DNA of 64,000 nucleotides from Camelus ferus (lineage: Eukaryota): assembly GCF_009834535.1 (NCBI RefSeq), contig NC_045697.1, forward strand, positions 69,752,001 to 69,816,000, given 5' to 3'. Of the stretch, positions 52,581 through 64,000 are shown piece after piece. Below the pieces are notes generated by a model. That model had not been told where the DNA came from. It saw only the letters and a list, made by a program, of their open reading frames with translations, and did not search any database. How positions within the stretch are numbered: the first letter of the stretch is position 1; every line of letters begins with the position of its first letter. The translations under genes were made by a program, and so were the position numbers.

Positions 52581-52718
52581 CATTTTCCATCTTGGAGCAA
52601 TTCGAATGCCTTATTGATTTCCTTCTAAAGGAAATTTATGGTTTATAAGTAGATCTCTGTTGATTTTTTTGCAAATACTCAGTTACCAGTTTAGGAATAG
52701 AGTCCCTGGTTTTAAACT
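52581..52718 (-). pseudogene. ADH pseudogene exon 8 (FKTRDSIPKLVTEYLQK / INRDLLINHKFPLE / INKAFELLQDGK)
   Basis: ttctatag| 138 nt |gcgtgt; two frameshifts; not in the ORF track. Confidence 0.85.
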
Positions 52719-53371
52719 CTATAGAAGAAAAGGTCAATAATAAGACCTGAGGGAAAAAACCAAAACTAACCAAAGAATCAAATGAACTGTTTATGTATAA
52801 AATTGGTAAAAAGCATTCGTGGGGGATAGTAAACCATTTACCTTTTGATCCTTTTCCTAATCATCAAAAGCAGGGTAATTTATTCCATAGCAGTTACCAC
52901 TTAGGAGTACTAAGATTACCCCTATGGTAGATAAGCTCTACAAGGGCTATAGTGGACCCAGCACTATTGGAGTGGACCCAGGACTGCCGTGATCACAGAC
53001 CATCAGCCTGCAGCTCTCCTTTGCACTCATGGCACTAATGATTTCCTATAACAGCTTACAATCCAGCTGGTTTGATTTGAGTTACCATGTACTCCCTCCA
53101 TCTGGGGCTCTAGATGTATCTCCTTCACAAAACTAATATTTCAACCTCAGAAACAAATTTCTGGTCTTTTGTAGTATTTTGGGAGTAGCGTAGTAGAGTA
53201 GTTGCAGAAGATGATGGTGGCTCCCTGCTTAGATTCCATTTACTATTTGATCACTATAAATAATGCAGATATAGGCATTATTTTCCCTATTTTTATAACT
53301 TTGAGAGGACTGAGGTTTAGAGAGGTTAAATATTTTTCATTGATTGTATTAATTATATTTTTAATTTTTTG

Positions 53372-53900
53372 TATTTTAGAAGGCTTTGATATCTTGGGAC
53401 CTTGATATCCTGGGACCCAGGGAGGGACCCCCCTGGCCAGTTAGTTAATTTCTAGAGATAGCAAACAGCTTGCTTCACTACTTCTTTGACATGCAAGCCA
53501 GCTAATCTTGAGTCTATATCTCCTAGCCACCTCCTTTAATTAGATGCCAACTGCTTGGGACACTATGTTCTTGCCCTAAATCACCCCAGGTCCAGTAATG
53601 AGATAACTGGGAACCACCCCTGTGGCCTAGAACCCATTGAAACTCACTTAGCTTGCTTACCCCTTTTCCTGTTCCTTTTCATGAAAACCACAATTAAGGC
53701 TCTGGCCTGAGCTTTTCCCTAGCATTCTGCCTCCTGAATGAACTTGGTGCTTCCCCATATGACCTGCTTGGTACAGTGTGGCACGCCCCCTCCTTCTGGG
53801 GAACTGTGAGTAATAAACTCTTTTTCAAGGTAGTTGTCTTTGTGTCTGTCATCTTACCATATCTTACTAAATCAAATCCTGGGTACATTTGAAAACATTG
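53372..53900 (+). mobile_element. Old solo LTR (MER21-like)
   Basis: tttgatatcttgggaccttg ... gagtaataaactcttt ... aaatcctgggtacattt; family from recall only. Confidence 0.5.
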
Positions 53901-55084
53901 ATGCACATCTAGAAAGTGGCAAAACTGAACCTAGAATCCAGACCTTTATATTCTTAGCAGGGTTCTGTTTCTGCAAAATTATGTTTTTTATAAATACCAT
54001 GTAAAATTGCATTTATGGCTATTTTGAAACTTTAAGTTATAGTGAAAAAAAGTTGAGTTCTTTTTAGGAAAGATAGCTCTTTATCAGAGCTTTGGCTACA
54101 AATATTTTGTTGTCTAATAGGACAATTTGTACTAAAATATTTGAGTATTATGTAATTGTTATGCAAGATTTTGAGTAACTTAGAAACTTGTCAGCATGGA
54201 ATTGAATGAAAGGAAAAACCTATTATAGATTTTCCCATCCAGGTTGAGAATCTTATTAGGGGTGATTTCCCTCAGTGTGTTGCATATAGAGAGGGAGGAA
54301 GGAGACATAGCAGATACATGAGGAGTATTAGAAAATGTGAATAAATTTTTTAAAATGAAGCCGAAGACTAGCATTGAGAAGAAATATTAGTATTGATTAG
54401 TCATTTCAAGCACTAGCCTAATCACTTTTGAAATAATTTGACTTTTAGATTGGGTTTTTATTCAGTTTGGAAAATTCAGACATCTAGAATTTCTGGAAAA
54501 AGAAACTTTCATAATGGGAGGTTGGTTAACGGTAAATTTTTCCCTAGTATTTGACCTGGAGGTACAAATCTAGTTTTATTCATATGTAATCAACTAATGC
54601 AAAACCACACCAATGAATAAATGAAAAGCCCCCAGAGATCTTAAAACAGCAAAAACAAAACAAAACAAAACAAAACCAAACAAAACCCAAAAAACAAAAA
54701 AAACAACCCTCCAGTTATCTTTTGCAATATATGTGCTTTCCTCTTCATTTTTTGTTTGGGCCATTAAGCTACTGTTATCATTGCTGTTTCTGCTACAATT
54801 AAACATTAATTTTGTGCCTGCTGTGTTTCAGCTTGTTTGTCAAGTGCTTTATCTGCATTTTCTCACTTAGTTCTCCTGACACTAGGTAAGAAAGAAACTA
54901 TTATTTACCCTACTTTTTAGATGATGGGACTGGCAAGAAATTTAAATAACTTGCTAAGGTCCCATGTCTAGTAAGTGATCTAAAATCAAAACCCATGTTT
55001 TTAAGCTCTATGCCATAGTTCCCTCAAATTAATCTTATCTAAGCATTCTAGCAAAAATCAGAGGACAAAATAATCTCAACTGTG

Positions 55085-55281
55085 TTAAGGTAGCCATTAG
55101 CCATATATGACTATTTAAATTTAAATGAATTAAAATTAAATATAATTTAAAAGTCAGTCTTCCAGTTGCACTAGCCATACTTCAAGTGTTCAAAAGCTAC
55201 ATATGGCTTGTGGCTACTAGATTGGACGATAAGCTGTACAACATTTTCGTCAATACAGAAAATTCTCTTGGACAGTGCTGG
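55085..55281. mobile_element. hAT-Charlie MITE (MER3/MER33-like)
   Basis: gtagccattagccat...cagttgcactagccatac...ttggacagtgctg. Confidence 0.6.
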
Positions 55282-55780
55282 TCTGAAAGCATCCTGGATG
55301 CTGGTGTGAGGTGTGGTGAGAGAGGGATTTGGAGGTGTTGCTTGGGGATGAGAGATTCAAATAGCACAACACATTAGAATTGTCTGTTTTGTTCTTGAAT
55401 AGCAAATTAGGGTGACAGTTAAGATAAGAACTGGGGGTCAATACAGTGAGATTTTCTTCTAGTCTTATCCTTTGTTGGGGAGTGGCCCAGAGACGTAAGA
55501 TAACTCCCTGATTATGGAATATCTGAGTGCCAATGAGTACACTGAAATGTGACTATTCTATATCTTATTAATAATGTCAAGATATTAGTCTGTTTTTGCT
55601 GCCACAGGTAATAAATACCTGTGGGGAAAGTAAAGGTAAGCTTTTCTATTTTAACACATTGTCTTCTATTTCCTTTCCTAGAGGAATATTTTTCCTACCT
55701 TTTCACCCCTCCATTTCTTGCAAAGGAGAATGCAAGGTGTCCAGATTTCTGGAAAAGGCTATGTGAAGTCAAAGACCTAC

Positions 55781-55914
55781 TTCCCATAATGTCACCTTTT
55801 ATGGTTCTCCCAGAGGAAATTGGCATTGGGTCAAAGGAGTTATAAATTTAACAGTGCTACTCCAATAATCATGCACACTCCATAGCTCAGATAGCGTGAC
55901 TCCAAAGCTATAAC
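55781..55914 (-). pseudogene. ADH pseudogene exon 7 (VIALESRYLSYGVCMIIGVALLNL* / SFDPMPISSGRTIKGDIMG)
   Basis: aactag| 134 nt |gtaggt; in-frame TAA plus a 2-nt deletion; not in the ORF track. Confidence 0.82.
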
Positions 55915-56308
55915 CTAGTTTCAGAAATAGACTGATTAGCATCTCAGTAGCCCTGAATCACACCTCTTCTGACTCATAATCCTAAGACATATTTTCCAGG
56001 TAGCTATATGAGAGAGTTAATATAGAATAGAATGTATGGTACACCCTCTGTGAGATCTTAGGCAATTAATTAATGAATTAATCAACCAAAACCCAAGTTT
56101 TTTAGTCTTTAAATGAGGATATTAGTGCTTAATTCATAAAATAATGTTAAGACTAAATGGGATAAAGTATGTAAATATCTCAGGATAGTGCGAGGCTCAG
56201 AAAGACTAGTTAAAAATTATAGAAATTTGTATCTAAAAGCCCTCTGACTGCATGGCTCCCTGAATGTACATAAAGTCACGGGAAAACAACACAAAAGTAT
56301 ATTCTTAC

Positions 56309-56527
56309 CTTTGCAGTGTTAAACATAGCTCCAAATCCTGTAGGCACCTCACAGCTTATGATACAGACTTTGTCCATGGGAGCAACAGCATCAGATCTCC
56401 CCAGTGCAATTTCATGCATAACGGTATATTCAGTGAATGTACTAGTACCATAAAGATGATAAAACTTTTTTCCTCTGCAGGTAAATCTGCTGGTTTCATC
56501 TAAATTAACCAATTTGGAGAAAGAATA
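56309..56527 (-). pseudogene. ADH pseudogene exon 5 ([27 protein letters not shown]...[25 protein letters not shown])
   Basis: ORF 56276..56554; aaacag| 219 nt |gtaaga; one base short of a phase-correct 220-nt exon. Confidence 0.9.
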
Positions 56528-56643
56528 CTGTTTCACATATGTGTACAGTGACAAGGAGAGAAGTATAGGATTTTATCTCCCAGTCAATGCTTGTACCAAT
56601 GAAAGCAAATTAGAAAAAGGAGGTCAAAGAAATTAGAACTAAC

Positions 56644-56723
56644 TTTCCTTCAAGCATAAATCGCTCTTGAGGCAGCAGCAGGAGCTGCATTCTCTGGAAG
56701 AGGGAGCATTAAGACTTTATCTC
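56644..56723 (-). pseudogene. ADH pseudogene exon 4 (GDKVLMLPLP / ECSSCCCLKSDLCLKE)
   Basis: cctaag|GA GAT AAA GTC...|gttagt; 80 nt against the expected 88; the deletion removes the first structural Cys and shifts the frame to a TGA. Confidence 0.85.
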
Positions 56724-57879
56724 CTTAGGCAGAGGCATGGAATGCAGTAAACACCATACTTATTGACAGGAAATTGTTTATAGTGGATGTTACCAATTTG
56801 TTATGATAGTTATCATTTTTGAAGTTAATTATCATTTTGCTTTAGAATGGAAACAAATAAATTTTAATGCAAATAGACCTTCAAAATGCAAAAGAAAAAT
56901 TAAGGATTTGCCTCTAGTAACATTGAAATTTAAAGACAAGAGAGAGCTAAGTCTAAGAATGACACCGGTATTTGTGGTATGAGGCTTATCTGTTTTGGTT
57001 AGTGTTCTATCCCAGGAGCCTAGCAAAGTGTTGCACCTAGTATGTGCTTAATAAATCTTTTTTGAAGGAATGAATTAATACTCTTGTGTTAATACTAGAA
57101 TTAACTTCTGTTTCCTCATACATAAAAGGGACATAAAATATCTATGATATATGTTTGTTGTTAGAATAATAAATGATATCGTAAAGCATCTTGCAAAGTG
57201 TTTGAAACAAGAATTGTAGCCAATGTGGAAGAATTAACTACAAATTCTGGAGGAAACTTTATTATAGATGAGACCTACTTCAGGCAATTTAAAGGATTAT
57301 TATGTGCTTGTGTGTGTGTGTGAATGTGAGAATGTGTAGGAAAAAGCTCTTAATCATACATAATTTTAATCTAAGGATATTCCAATATGTTACATATATT
57401 TTGTAATTTTTAGTTTAATTTAGGATAGATATACTAGAGATAATCTCTACAGAAATGAGTGGAGAAGAATTCTTTTTCTTTGAATCCTTTCAGACAAACA
57501 CAAAATTGGAAGATTCTGAATCTTAGGTTGCCTGTTTTCTGTATCTGATGTGTGAATGCATTAAAATGTTTGGCAATATGTGATAAACTCAGCTGTCTTT
57601 ATGGTGGTTTTGGGGAAATGAACAAATTCTACTGGTACCATATAGAGATGTATAACACTTGCAAAACATGGTTTCTACATTCTAGGAATGAATTATAAAA
57701 TAGAAGGGTATAATACTTAACTAAACAAGAAATTTCACAATATATCTTTATATGAACATATCTGACAGCCCAATGTGGCAATTTTTGAAGATAAGGCATG
57801 AGAAGGAAGAGAAAGATTTGAGGCCTAAGTCTACAGATAATTCTGATAAGGTTTGTGAGGAAAAATTACAATAACCTGT

Positions 57880-58930
57880 GTTATTTCAGAGCAATAGTGC
57901 AAAATGCCCAGGATAGTCAAGGAAATTTTTTAAAAGAACAAATTATAGGACTTGTTCTGTAAGGTATCAAGACTTACTATAAATCTACAATAATGAGACT
58001 ATTTAGTTTTGGTGCAAGGATAGAAAAATATACCAATAGATCAATGAATGATGCAGAATAAAAATCAAAAAGAGATCCAGACGTAGTCACCTGACTTATG
58101 ACAAAGGTGGTACTATAGAACAGTGGGGAAAGCAGACTTTTCAAATGATGCCAGGTCAATTTGATATGTAAGTAGAAAGAAAATGAAACTTGGACTTCTT
58201 AGCAACAAACACAAAACAGTCACTCCCAGGTGATTTAAATTTCTAAATCTCAACATGAAATGAAAACCAGTCAAGATTCTCGACAAAAACAAGGAAATTA
58301 TCTTCAAGACCTTGAATGATTTCTTAATTGGGACATGAAAAATACAGACCATTAGAGAAAAGATTTATGAATTGAACTGCATTAAAATTAGGAAATTCCT
58401 TTCGCAAATATAAACCATTAAGAGAGTGAAAATTCAAGTCACAGATTGGAAGAAGCTATTACAACACTTACAATTAGCTGAGGGGTCATATTCAGAATTG
58501 TACACATTAAAAAACTACAAATCAAGGGGCAGGATTTAGCTCAGTGGTAGAGTGCTTGCTTAGCACGTGTGAAGTGTTAGGTTTAATCCCCAGTACCTCC
58601 AATAAAAATAAATAAATAAACTGAATTACCTACCCCCTAAATTAAAAAAAAAACAAAAACCATTAACCCCCCCCAACAAATCAATAAGAAAAATAAAGAA
58701 AACCCATTAAAAAACAGGCAAGAGACTTTATCATCTACTCACAGCAAAGAATATCCAAATGGCCAAATAGCATATGAAAGGTGCTCAAACTTCATTAGTC
58801 ATCAGGCAAACGTAAACTTAAATCATAATGAGATGTCACCATATGCCCACTGGAAGAACAAAAATAAAATGACTGATAATGCCAAATGGATGATGTGAAG
58901 AAACTAAAATACTCTTGCACTTCTGGCAGG
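57880..58930 (+). mobile_element. Old L1 ORF2 remnant
   Basis: Degenerate ORF2 text (ttactataaatctacaataat, ccaaatggccaa, ttcattagtcatcagg). Confidence 0.7.
58526..58675 (+). mobile_element. tRNA-derived SINE (camelid-type)
   Basis: ggggcaggatttagctcagtggtagagtgc...ggtttaatccccagtacctcc plus A-rich tail; TSD acaaatcaa at 58517 and 58676. Confidence 0.85.
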
Positions 58931-59317
58931 TATATTATTTTATACATAATTAATTATGTGTCACTTCTCCTTAGAATGTTGGGCTCTAGATCTTGGTAGC
59001 AAATAGGATAATACATGCCATGAAAAGGATGACAAAGGTGAGGAGAAACATGCTATGTTGTTTTTCTCTCTCACTGTTGTGAAATGGTCACAAGATGACA
59101 GTGCCAACCGAGGAAAGAAACTGTTCCTCTTTTTAAACATTTTAATTTGTGGAGAGCACTATTACCACTTTGTTAGTTAGCTTAGGCTATACCTAGTCTG
59201 TTAAAAATTTTTTGAATTTTATCAGTCTATTTAATAAAGAAAGAGATATTGCCCTATATGTCTAACATGAATAAAGTGAAAAGAAAAGAAAATTCCATAT
59301 ATGCTGCTACTGAGCAA

Positions 59318-60560
59318 TTTTAAAAAATTGAAACATACTTGATTTATAATATTGTGTTAGTTTCAGGTGTATAGCATAGTGATTCAGTTATATATACTTT
59401 TCTGATTATATTCCATTATAGGTTATTACAAGGTATTGAATATAATTCCCTGTACTATACAGTAAATAATTGTTGCTTATCTATTTTATGTATAGTAGTT
59501 TGTATCTGTTAATTCCACACTCCTAATTTTTCCTTCCCCTATTCCCTCTCTCCTTTAGTTTTTTTTTAATTGAAGTATAGTTGATTTACAATGTTGTGTT
59601 AGTTTCTGGTGTACAACATAGTGATTCAGTCATACATATATATATACATATTTTTTCATATTCTTTTTCACTATAGGTTATTACAAGGTATTGAACATAG
59701 TTCCCTGTGCTATACTGTAGGACATTGTTATTTATCTCTTTTATATATAGTAGTTTGTATCTGCTAATTCATCCCTCCTCTCCTTTCTCCTTTAGTAACC
59801 ATAAATTTGTTTTTTCTATGTCTGTGTGTCTGTTTTGTAAATAAGTTAATATGTGTCATTTTTTTACATGCCACATATAAATGATATCACGTGATATTTG
59901 TATTTCTCTGTCTGACTTAATTCACTTAGTATGAAAATCTCTAGGTCCATCCACGTTGCTGCAAATGATATTATTTTATCTTTTTTTATGACTGAGTATT
60001 CCACTGTGTACATCAACATCTTTATCTAGCCATCTGTTGATGGACATTTAGATTGCTTCCATGTCTTGGCTATTGTAATTTTATTCTTCAACTCTGCGTA
60101 AATTCTTTATATTTTCCAACTCTTTCCTAAAAACTTCACTCTGTACCTCTATACACCTCTTGAGTTCTCTGAACATCTTTGCCATCATTATTCTAAACTC
60201 TTTAGCAGATAGATTGCCTGTCTCCTCCTCACTTATTTCTTCTTCTGGGATTTTATCTTGTGGCTTGGCCTGGGAGATATTCCTCTGCCACCTCATGTTG
60301 TCTATCTTTCTATATATATTTTTAGGTAGGTTAGTTACATTTCTCAATCTTGAAGAGGTGACCCTTGGTGGGAGAATGTCCTATGTGTCCCAGCAGTACA
60401 CTCCTCTTTTGTCACCCAGGGCCAGGGTCCAGCCAGTGCCAGGGCAGAGTCTGGGTGTTTGTGTATTCCTTCCACAGTCTTTGGGATTGTTATTTTCTTA
60501 TTTCTGCCTCCTGGTGGATAAGGCTGAACTAGAGGCTAATGCAGGTTTCCTGGCAGGAGG
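59318..60560 (-). mobile_element. L1 composite: two tandem 3' ends joined to an ORF1-start/5'UTR fragment
   Basis: 59325-59558 resembles 59568-59795; ORF 60081..60347 is homologous to ORF 18180..18575. Confidence 0.8.
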
Positions 60561-60808
60561 AATGAAACACCTACAAAAGGTTGAACTTAGGCAATTATGA
60601 AATTATACCATTGTTAGATTTTTGTTTTCTTGATTTGTGCTTTAGTTTAAAAATAAGAATAAATGTTAGTTTTAAAGACATGAACATTGCATTAAAAAAC
60701 CAATTCATAATAGTACATTATGAAGGTAAGAATTAGCTGAAACTTTACAATGCTAGCATAGACACTATTGACTTTCAGTGAACATCCTTTCAGAACACTT
60801 TTTCTTTT

Positions 60809-60912
60809 GTATTCTGTTCTATTCTATTCTATTTTATTCCATTTCATTCCATTCCATCTCATTCCATTTCATTTCATTCCATTTTATTCCAGTTATCTAT
60901 CATATCTATCTA
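60809..60912. repeat. Degenerate pentanucleotide (ATTCT/ATTCC/ATTTC)n followed by a short (ATCT)n
   Basis: Direct reading. Confidence 0.85.
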
Positions 60913-63900
60913 CATATGTACCTATAAAAAACATATATAGTCTTCCATAAATGAGATTATACTTAAATCAGTGTTCCTCAAAATATGGCTTGTCAAGAAC
61001 ACCCATGGTTACTGGGATCTGCCTCCCAGCTAATGAACAGAGTCCCCCTGTCTTGGGTTTTAGACAGTCCACTTTCAACTTTCCATTTTATCATTTTCTA
61101 TTTTTTATTAAGTAATATAAGTGCATAACAAAAGTTAAAATAGAACAGAAGGACTTATAATGAGAAAGCAATTTATCACTCCCAACTTCACTAAACATAG
61201 GTATGCACACTTAAAATTTCCTGTCTTTAGATCTTTTGGTAGTTACTCTGTAGAATGAAATAATATGCCTGTACCTTATTTATCAATTTTAAACAAAATA
61301 TATTAATATATTGTGAAAGGTACAGCCAGCTCTGTTTTTTCCTCTTCCTTAGGGTTTCTCATTATTATTTTTAGTTCTTCTGTTGGTTACATTTACAATT
61401 TTAAATTGAAATGAGAGGTGTCAGATGATTAGTATTTAATTCTTTCATTTTTAAATTTATATCCCAAGATAGGAAAGTCATTTTTCAAGAAAAAACAATA
61501 ATATGAATGAAAGATGAAAAGAAATGATAGGAAATAAGAAGAGGCTGGGAAAGTAGTAGGTAGACCAGATTCAAGAAGAAGAGACCAAAGGTTCAGGTGT
61601 GGTTTCTGCTTTTGCCATTTGCTAGTTCTGAGCACTTAGTGTGATCTTGTCTTCAGACATACAAGCATAAAATCCTACCTACCAGGGTAGTACAATTTAG
61701 ATTTATTACTTCTGTCACACTACATTTGAAAATTACTGTTTTATGCCAATTTCTAACAAGTAGATGAGATAATGGAATAATCTCTCTTGGCTCCTCAGAG
61801 AAGTGTTTTATATTTTATAACATATATTGTGGCTTATATATTTTATAACAGTTTTTATAAAAATGCACCAACTCGAACACTTTCTTCATTTTTCCAAAAC
61901 TATTTCTTTTGAGAACTGTGGTGACTTGAATTTTCTTTGATGCTGAAGCATTTAATTATTCAGGATTCCTCGCCTCTCACTTTACTTTGTGTTTTGATCA
62001 GTCCAGATGGGAGGTGAGATGGACCTTCAGGTTAAATTAAGTCTTTGTTCACTCTACTTGAGAAACAAAATAATAATGTCTCTCTATTTCAAAAATTTTA
62101 TTCCTTTCTATAGTCATCAAACTTTAAAAATTGTGTCTATTAATATATGCCATACCTTGGGATAGTCACTAGGGAATAAAAAGGTTAATAAGAGAATCAT
62201 GGCAGCTGCTCATCACAGACCTCTTTCCAGTTTTTATTTGAATGTGAGCCAATGTATGTAAGACTTTCTACAAAATACCCAAGCTATGTGAATCCTATAA
62301 ACCTGTGACTCAGGATCTGTCTGTCTCAGAGTTTCCTCATCTGTGTAAGTAGTAGGTTGCACTAGATGATCTATGAGGAGTCATATCTTAATTTTACTAT
62401 GTATATTAATGAATCTAGGGCAAATGTAGGCACTCAATGATTAAATCACCCAATACGTTTTGTTTGTTTGTTTGTTTCTTATTAAACAGAACTATAGCTG
62501 TGGAATATTTTTATCCAATTCATTATCCCTTTCCTTGTAACTTCAAGCACTGTCGTTCTCTGTATTAGTCTGTTTTAGCCTTTTGATAATTCTGTTGGCA
62601 GTTCCTTCCAACTCTTCCTTCCTTTTTTTTTTTTGACAAGTATTTATTGAACATCTACTATGTTTCCAGCCACACACAGAACTAAGGGAAATTTCAAACA
62701 GAGGAAACCACTGCAAAAACTTCAGGTGTTAATGAGCTTGGCACATTTGAGGAATTGAAAGAATATCCTGGAGCTCTTGTAGAATGAGCAAGGAATGGTA
62801 GGAAGTGAGATGGCCAAGAGAGGAACGTCTTCGGTTCAAGCACCAGCCTGACAATCTGTAAGCATCCCAAAGGAGCACTCCCCACACCATCCGACTTAGA
62901 TTGCTTACTTCTAGAATCTTCACCTATGGACTTCTGTTTATAGACTCTTGTGTCTTCTCTTGCTAAAAAATACATTGCACCTTTCTTTCTTTGTTTCTTT
63001 CTTTGAATTGTTTTGAGGTTTTCAATGGAGAACTTGAGCAGGAGTAGGGTCTTGTCCTGGCCTTCCTCATTTACTTTAATCCCCTTTGTTGCAAGGGGAT
63101 AAAAAAAAATTACCCTAATATAACTACTGGATTTTGTTTTATCAGCTATTCATTTTGTTCCAATAGGTTATAAGTATAGTGATTTATACTTATGTTTTCT
63201 GCAAAGAGTTTTTATAGTTGTAGCTCTTACATTTAGGTCCTTGATCCATTCTGAGCCAATTTTTTGTACATGGGGTGGAATAAGGATCTGACTTTATCCT
63301 TTTGCATGTGAATATCAAGTTGTCTCAGCATTATTAGTTGAAAACAACTTCTTTCCCCAGTGAATGGTCTTGACACCCTTGTGAAAAATCAATTAATCAT
63401 TAATGTCTGGGTTATAAACAATAAACTGGGGCAATTGTAGGGCTCAGTTCATTTGTTTCTCTGCACTTCAGAATACTGTCTTTCATTGCCTAATGTTTGC
63501 TGTCTTACAAACCATTGTCACATATGGATGTAAAAGATATACATATTATGTGTATGTATATATTACATGCGTATATATGTTTTATATACATATATTATGC
63601 ATGTATAATTTTTTCAATTTTTTTCAGATGAGAGGGTAAATCTAGTCTCTGTTATTTCATCTTAACCAAAAGTGGAAATCTGAGAATAGTTTAGTTTTTT
63701 TTTTCAAATGGTTATTTTTTAATGTGGGAGAAAAAAAGGACATGTGATCTGCTTTCTTTTTTTTGTTGTTGTTGTTTAAATGCAAAGATAAGAAACAAAT
63801 TATTATAGACAGGAAAAATTTCTCATCCAAAATATACAAATCCGTACAACTTTGCTACAATCAATATACATGAACTGTACAAATTTACATCAGTTCATGA

Positions 63901-64000
63901 TTTACCAATTAAAAGATGACTAACAACATCCACAAATTAGATGGTGGTTTGTGGAAAATGCTTTTACCCAATTAAGCACAAGGAAAGTTACAAACCAGAC

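Larger units (their letters stand above)
52581..56723 (-). pseudogene. Unprocessed ADH pseudogene (class VI-like paralogue); exons 4, 5, 7 and 8 recognisable
   Basis: Four ADH-homologous exon remnants in correct order and orientation with splice-site remnants; frameshifts and stops; exon 6 not found. Confidence 0.88.

Noticed and set aside
58526..58600. tRNA gene
   Set aside because: Degenerate B-box, A-rich tail and TSD identify it as a SINE; the same applies to 19899-20054.

Overview
Mammalian (eutherian) genomic DNA from the alcohol dehydrogenase (ADH) gene cluster. It is probably camelid, inferred only from the style of two tRNA-derived SINEs. The minus strand carries a complete nine-exon class V ADH gene (ADH6 orthologue; CDS 42966 to 29867, 1128 nt, 375 aa) with all catalytic and structural zinc ligands intact. 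Its intron 8 starts with a non-canonical GC donor, and the same base change opens a 46-residue read-through C-terminus. About 10-14 kb upstream, in the same orientation, is a decayed second ADH paralogue. Its exons 4, 5, 7 and 8 are recognisable but disrupted, exon 6 appears deleted, and it resembles class VI ADH. The rest is mostly repeats: L1 copies (three internally deleted, one with a probable 3' transduction), solo LTRs, DNA-transposon MITEs, SINEs and microsatellites. Most ORFs in the supplied track are spurious or L1 fragments. Family assignments are from recall, not database searches.
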